This document shows positions 61,101-64,000 of a stretch of 64,000 nt of DNA, piece after piece. The stretch spans positions 23,869,360 through 23,933,359 of the forward strand of contig NC_043019.1 in the NCBI RefSeq assembly GCF_006345805.1, given 5' to 3'. The notes beneath the pieces are model-generated. The model did no database searches. It saw only the letters and a list, made by a program, of their open reading frames with translations, and was not told the DNA's origin. Origin of the DNA: Octopus sinensis. Its lineage: Eukaryota. The translations under genes and the position numbers were made by a program. The first letter of the stretch is position 1. The number at the start of each line of letters is the position of its first letter.

Positions 61101-63354
61101 AAATATCTATTCAAAGGCTTTCGCCACCAACATCTTTCATGCCAAGTTACAATATAATAATATATAATGAAATTGTGGGATACAGTGCTCAGGTGCACTA
61201 AAACTGAAAAAAAAAGAAAGAAAGAACCTACGATACATATCACTATAAAATTTCTCGTATATCTTAATCCTGAGATTATGCATAACCATTTCTTTGTCTT
61301 TTTCCGCTGTTCTTATTTTACATTAAAGAGGTTTGTACAAAAGGGATGTTGAAGATAATCTCAAAGTGCAAGAAGCAATCGTTCTCATAACACAGAAAGA
61401 AATGCAATTGTTGGACTTGTCGTTTATTGTCTGAAATTGAAGAAACGTTAAAAGAATTATTTTCAAGAATTATTCAAAAGAATAATTTTTGATATTGATG
61501 ATGAACTTATGGAAGTTTCTTGCCATTGTTTTTAAATGTCGTTTAGTAACTATCGCTGTATTAAGAACACTATCGATTAGGACTGTAAAAGGAAATAACT
61601 AAAGTCGATGATATTGTAATCTATAAATCCATGGGTGGTAAAAAAATGTATAGAATTTCTCAACAAACCTACACTAAAAGACTAGAGCTGGAAGGTAAAC
61701 ACATTTTTCATGAACACTGCTCCAGCATGACCAAACCCGGTTAGTTAAAACCGGTAGAGTCAAATAGTCATTATCTAAGTCTTTGGAAAAAATTAATTAA
61801 AGTTACTGGGTTTTTAGACATTTCTCAGATATTGCTTGATACTATATTTTCCAGACACACACACACACACTCACACACCCACACACACTCAAACACACAC
61901 ACTCACACACACACACAATACACACACATACACACACACACACACTAACACACTTCCCCGCCACTAATCCTCAATAAATTTCTAAAGAGGAACGTCCAGC
62001 TCATTTTGCTGGGTATGATGGAAAGTGTCAGCCAGCAGACTAAGGTGACACTTGTTCACTGGCCATGCTTCAAGAACCCTGCCAAGAATTCTTGCTGTTC
62101 CAGTCAGAATCGTTAGAACGCAATGCAAAATGCTTAACGGTATGTCTTCTGTCTTTATGTTCTGAGTTCAAATCCCACCGAAGCCGACTATACCTTTCAT
62201 CCTTTTGGAGTAAGTCGATTACTGGGAGAGGGGCAAGTCGATTACATGGACCCCAGTTGACCACGGGAGTCGATGTAATCGACTTATCCACCACCTCTGG
62301 GATTGCTAGCCTTGAAAGCAATTATTATCATTCTTATTTCGACCAACTTAAGCACGATGTCAACTAAAATAATTTGAACCTCCTTCATTTTAAATTTGCT
62401 AAAAGATGATCAGAAATATAATTTCGAAGTGTTCATAATGAATCTGTGACTAGGGAAAAAACTTATTGGCAGACCAGTGAAACACGATGGTCACCCTCAC
62501 CGGCGAAAGATGCAATACAATGATTAACTGTTTGCCTATGTCTCTTTGTATGAGAAAATACCTCATCTTATATCAACAGCTGTACTTCAAACAAGTACTT
62601 AGACCTGTATTTAGAACTCTACGTCTTAAAACCCCCCCAGAAATATAAAAAGGAATACAATTATTCCAGCCTAGTTTCCTCAAGGGTCTAACTGCTATGG
62701 GTCTTCCCTGCGGAAGATAACGAAAGTTACTGAGCAATACGTAAATTTCATATTTTCTAAATGTTTGTCTATCAGGATTTGTATAAATTTCAGTTTTGGA
62801 AAAAGTTGCTATTTCTATTATGCCATTTGTTGTGTGAGTAGGCTTCCAATGCGATTTATCACATTATTTCCTTACAGAAAAGGTCTAGATTTGCCGTTCA
62901 TATTTGCACTTGTTACCGGTGTATTAGTAACAACCTTTGTAAACACTAAATGTTTGGTACATCTGGAGATATCATTGAAAAGAGGATGCAGAGCCTGGAA
63001 GTCCATTTAATTAATAGCTTTAATTTGTTGTTATAGCGAAGGAATTGTTTATACTCCTGTCTTCGAAGCCATGAAGAGATTCCAGAGAAGTCCAGTAAAA
63101 CAACAAAACCAAACACACAGGTCGATAAAGATTGAAAACTAACGAAAATAATATAATAAATGGCCACCCACCGAGACTGATGGACAGAATAGGACCAGGG
63201 ATTCTTCATATATCAACTTTGTAGTATATACCTTATGTGCACATATGTATGTATATATGTATGTATATATATATATATAATATATATATATATATAATAT
63301 ATATACATATATATATATATATATGAATATATATATAAATATAAATATATATAT

Positions 63355-63385
<31 letters not shown>

Positions 63386-63436
63386 ACTATACAACATATA
63401 ATATATATAGAAATATATATATATATATATATATAT

Positions 63437-63506
<70 letters not shown>

Positions 63507-63631
63507 GTATATATATATATTAAATTAGAGATAAAACCACTATTAGGCAAATTCAAACAGTGAAAAACATAAGCCAATACATAGAAATAAAATTAATTAA
63601 TATAATATACAAAATATATAAAATATTAAAT

Positions 63632-63664
<33 letters not shown>

Positions 63665-64000
63665 ATGTATGTATGTATGTCTGTCTGTATGTCTGTCTGT
63701 CTGTATGTATGTATGTATGTATGTATGTATGTATGTATGTATGTATGTATGTATGAATGTATGAATGTATAGTGTGATTTGCTGGATACTTATCATTGAA
63801 ATATGCATATTGCAAAATCGATATTTTCTGTATGTTTATGAAATTTGTATTTGAATTATATTCATAGAAATTGTTTCAGTTTTTTACCGTTCATTTAATC
63901 AATAAAATTATTATTGTTTTTTTTTTAACAATAAGACCACAGGCAACCAAAATATTAGCAAACTAGCATTACTTCACAAACTAATTAATGCATCTCTACC

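Noticed and set aside
444-63815. Dozens of long ORFs rich in YI, HT, CV, MYVC, poly-F/K/E
   Set aside because: All are translations of di-, tri- and tetranucleotide microsatellites; no splice or domain support.

Overview
AT-rich, intron-rich animal genomic DNA, dense in microsatellites and SINEs. The repeat families suggest a cephalopod, probably Octopus (inference). Two convergent, 5'-incomplete genes were reconstructed by hand. (1) Plus strand, 1327-22066: 16 exons that splice into one open frame of about 908 aa (end of an SRCR-like module, intact S1A serine protease, then LDLa-MAM-LDLa-MAM-LDLa-LDLa-MAM). It has a Met-IVGG activation site, an elastase-like S1 pocket, one GC-AG intron and an exon that regenerates a perfect 5' splice site. 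(2) Minus strand: the last two coding exons of a Wnt9 orthologue (45754-45486 and 37280-36843), with substitutions at near-invariant thumb (CKCHG to CKCYG) and index-finger (WCC to SCC) residues; its upstream exons were not found in the window. The rest is SINEs, RTE and REL-type LINE ends, a decayed mariner, MITEs, Helitrons, an LTR remnant, two Penelope-like fragments carrying decayed minimal hammerhead ribozymes, five inverted or fold-back duplications, two tandem duplications that may be assembly artefacts, and a CpG-poor to CpG-rich transition near 25-26 kb. All calls come from reading the sequence; no searches were run.
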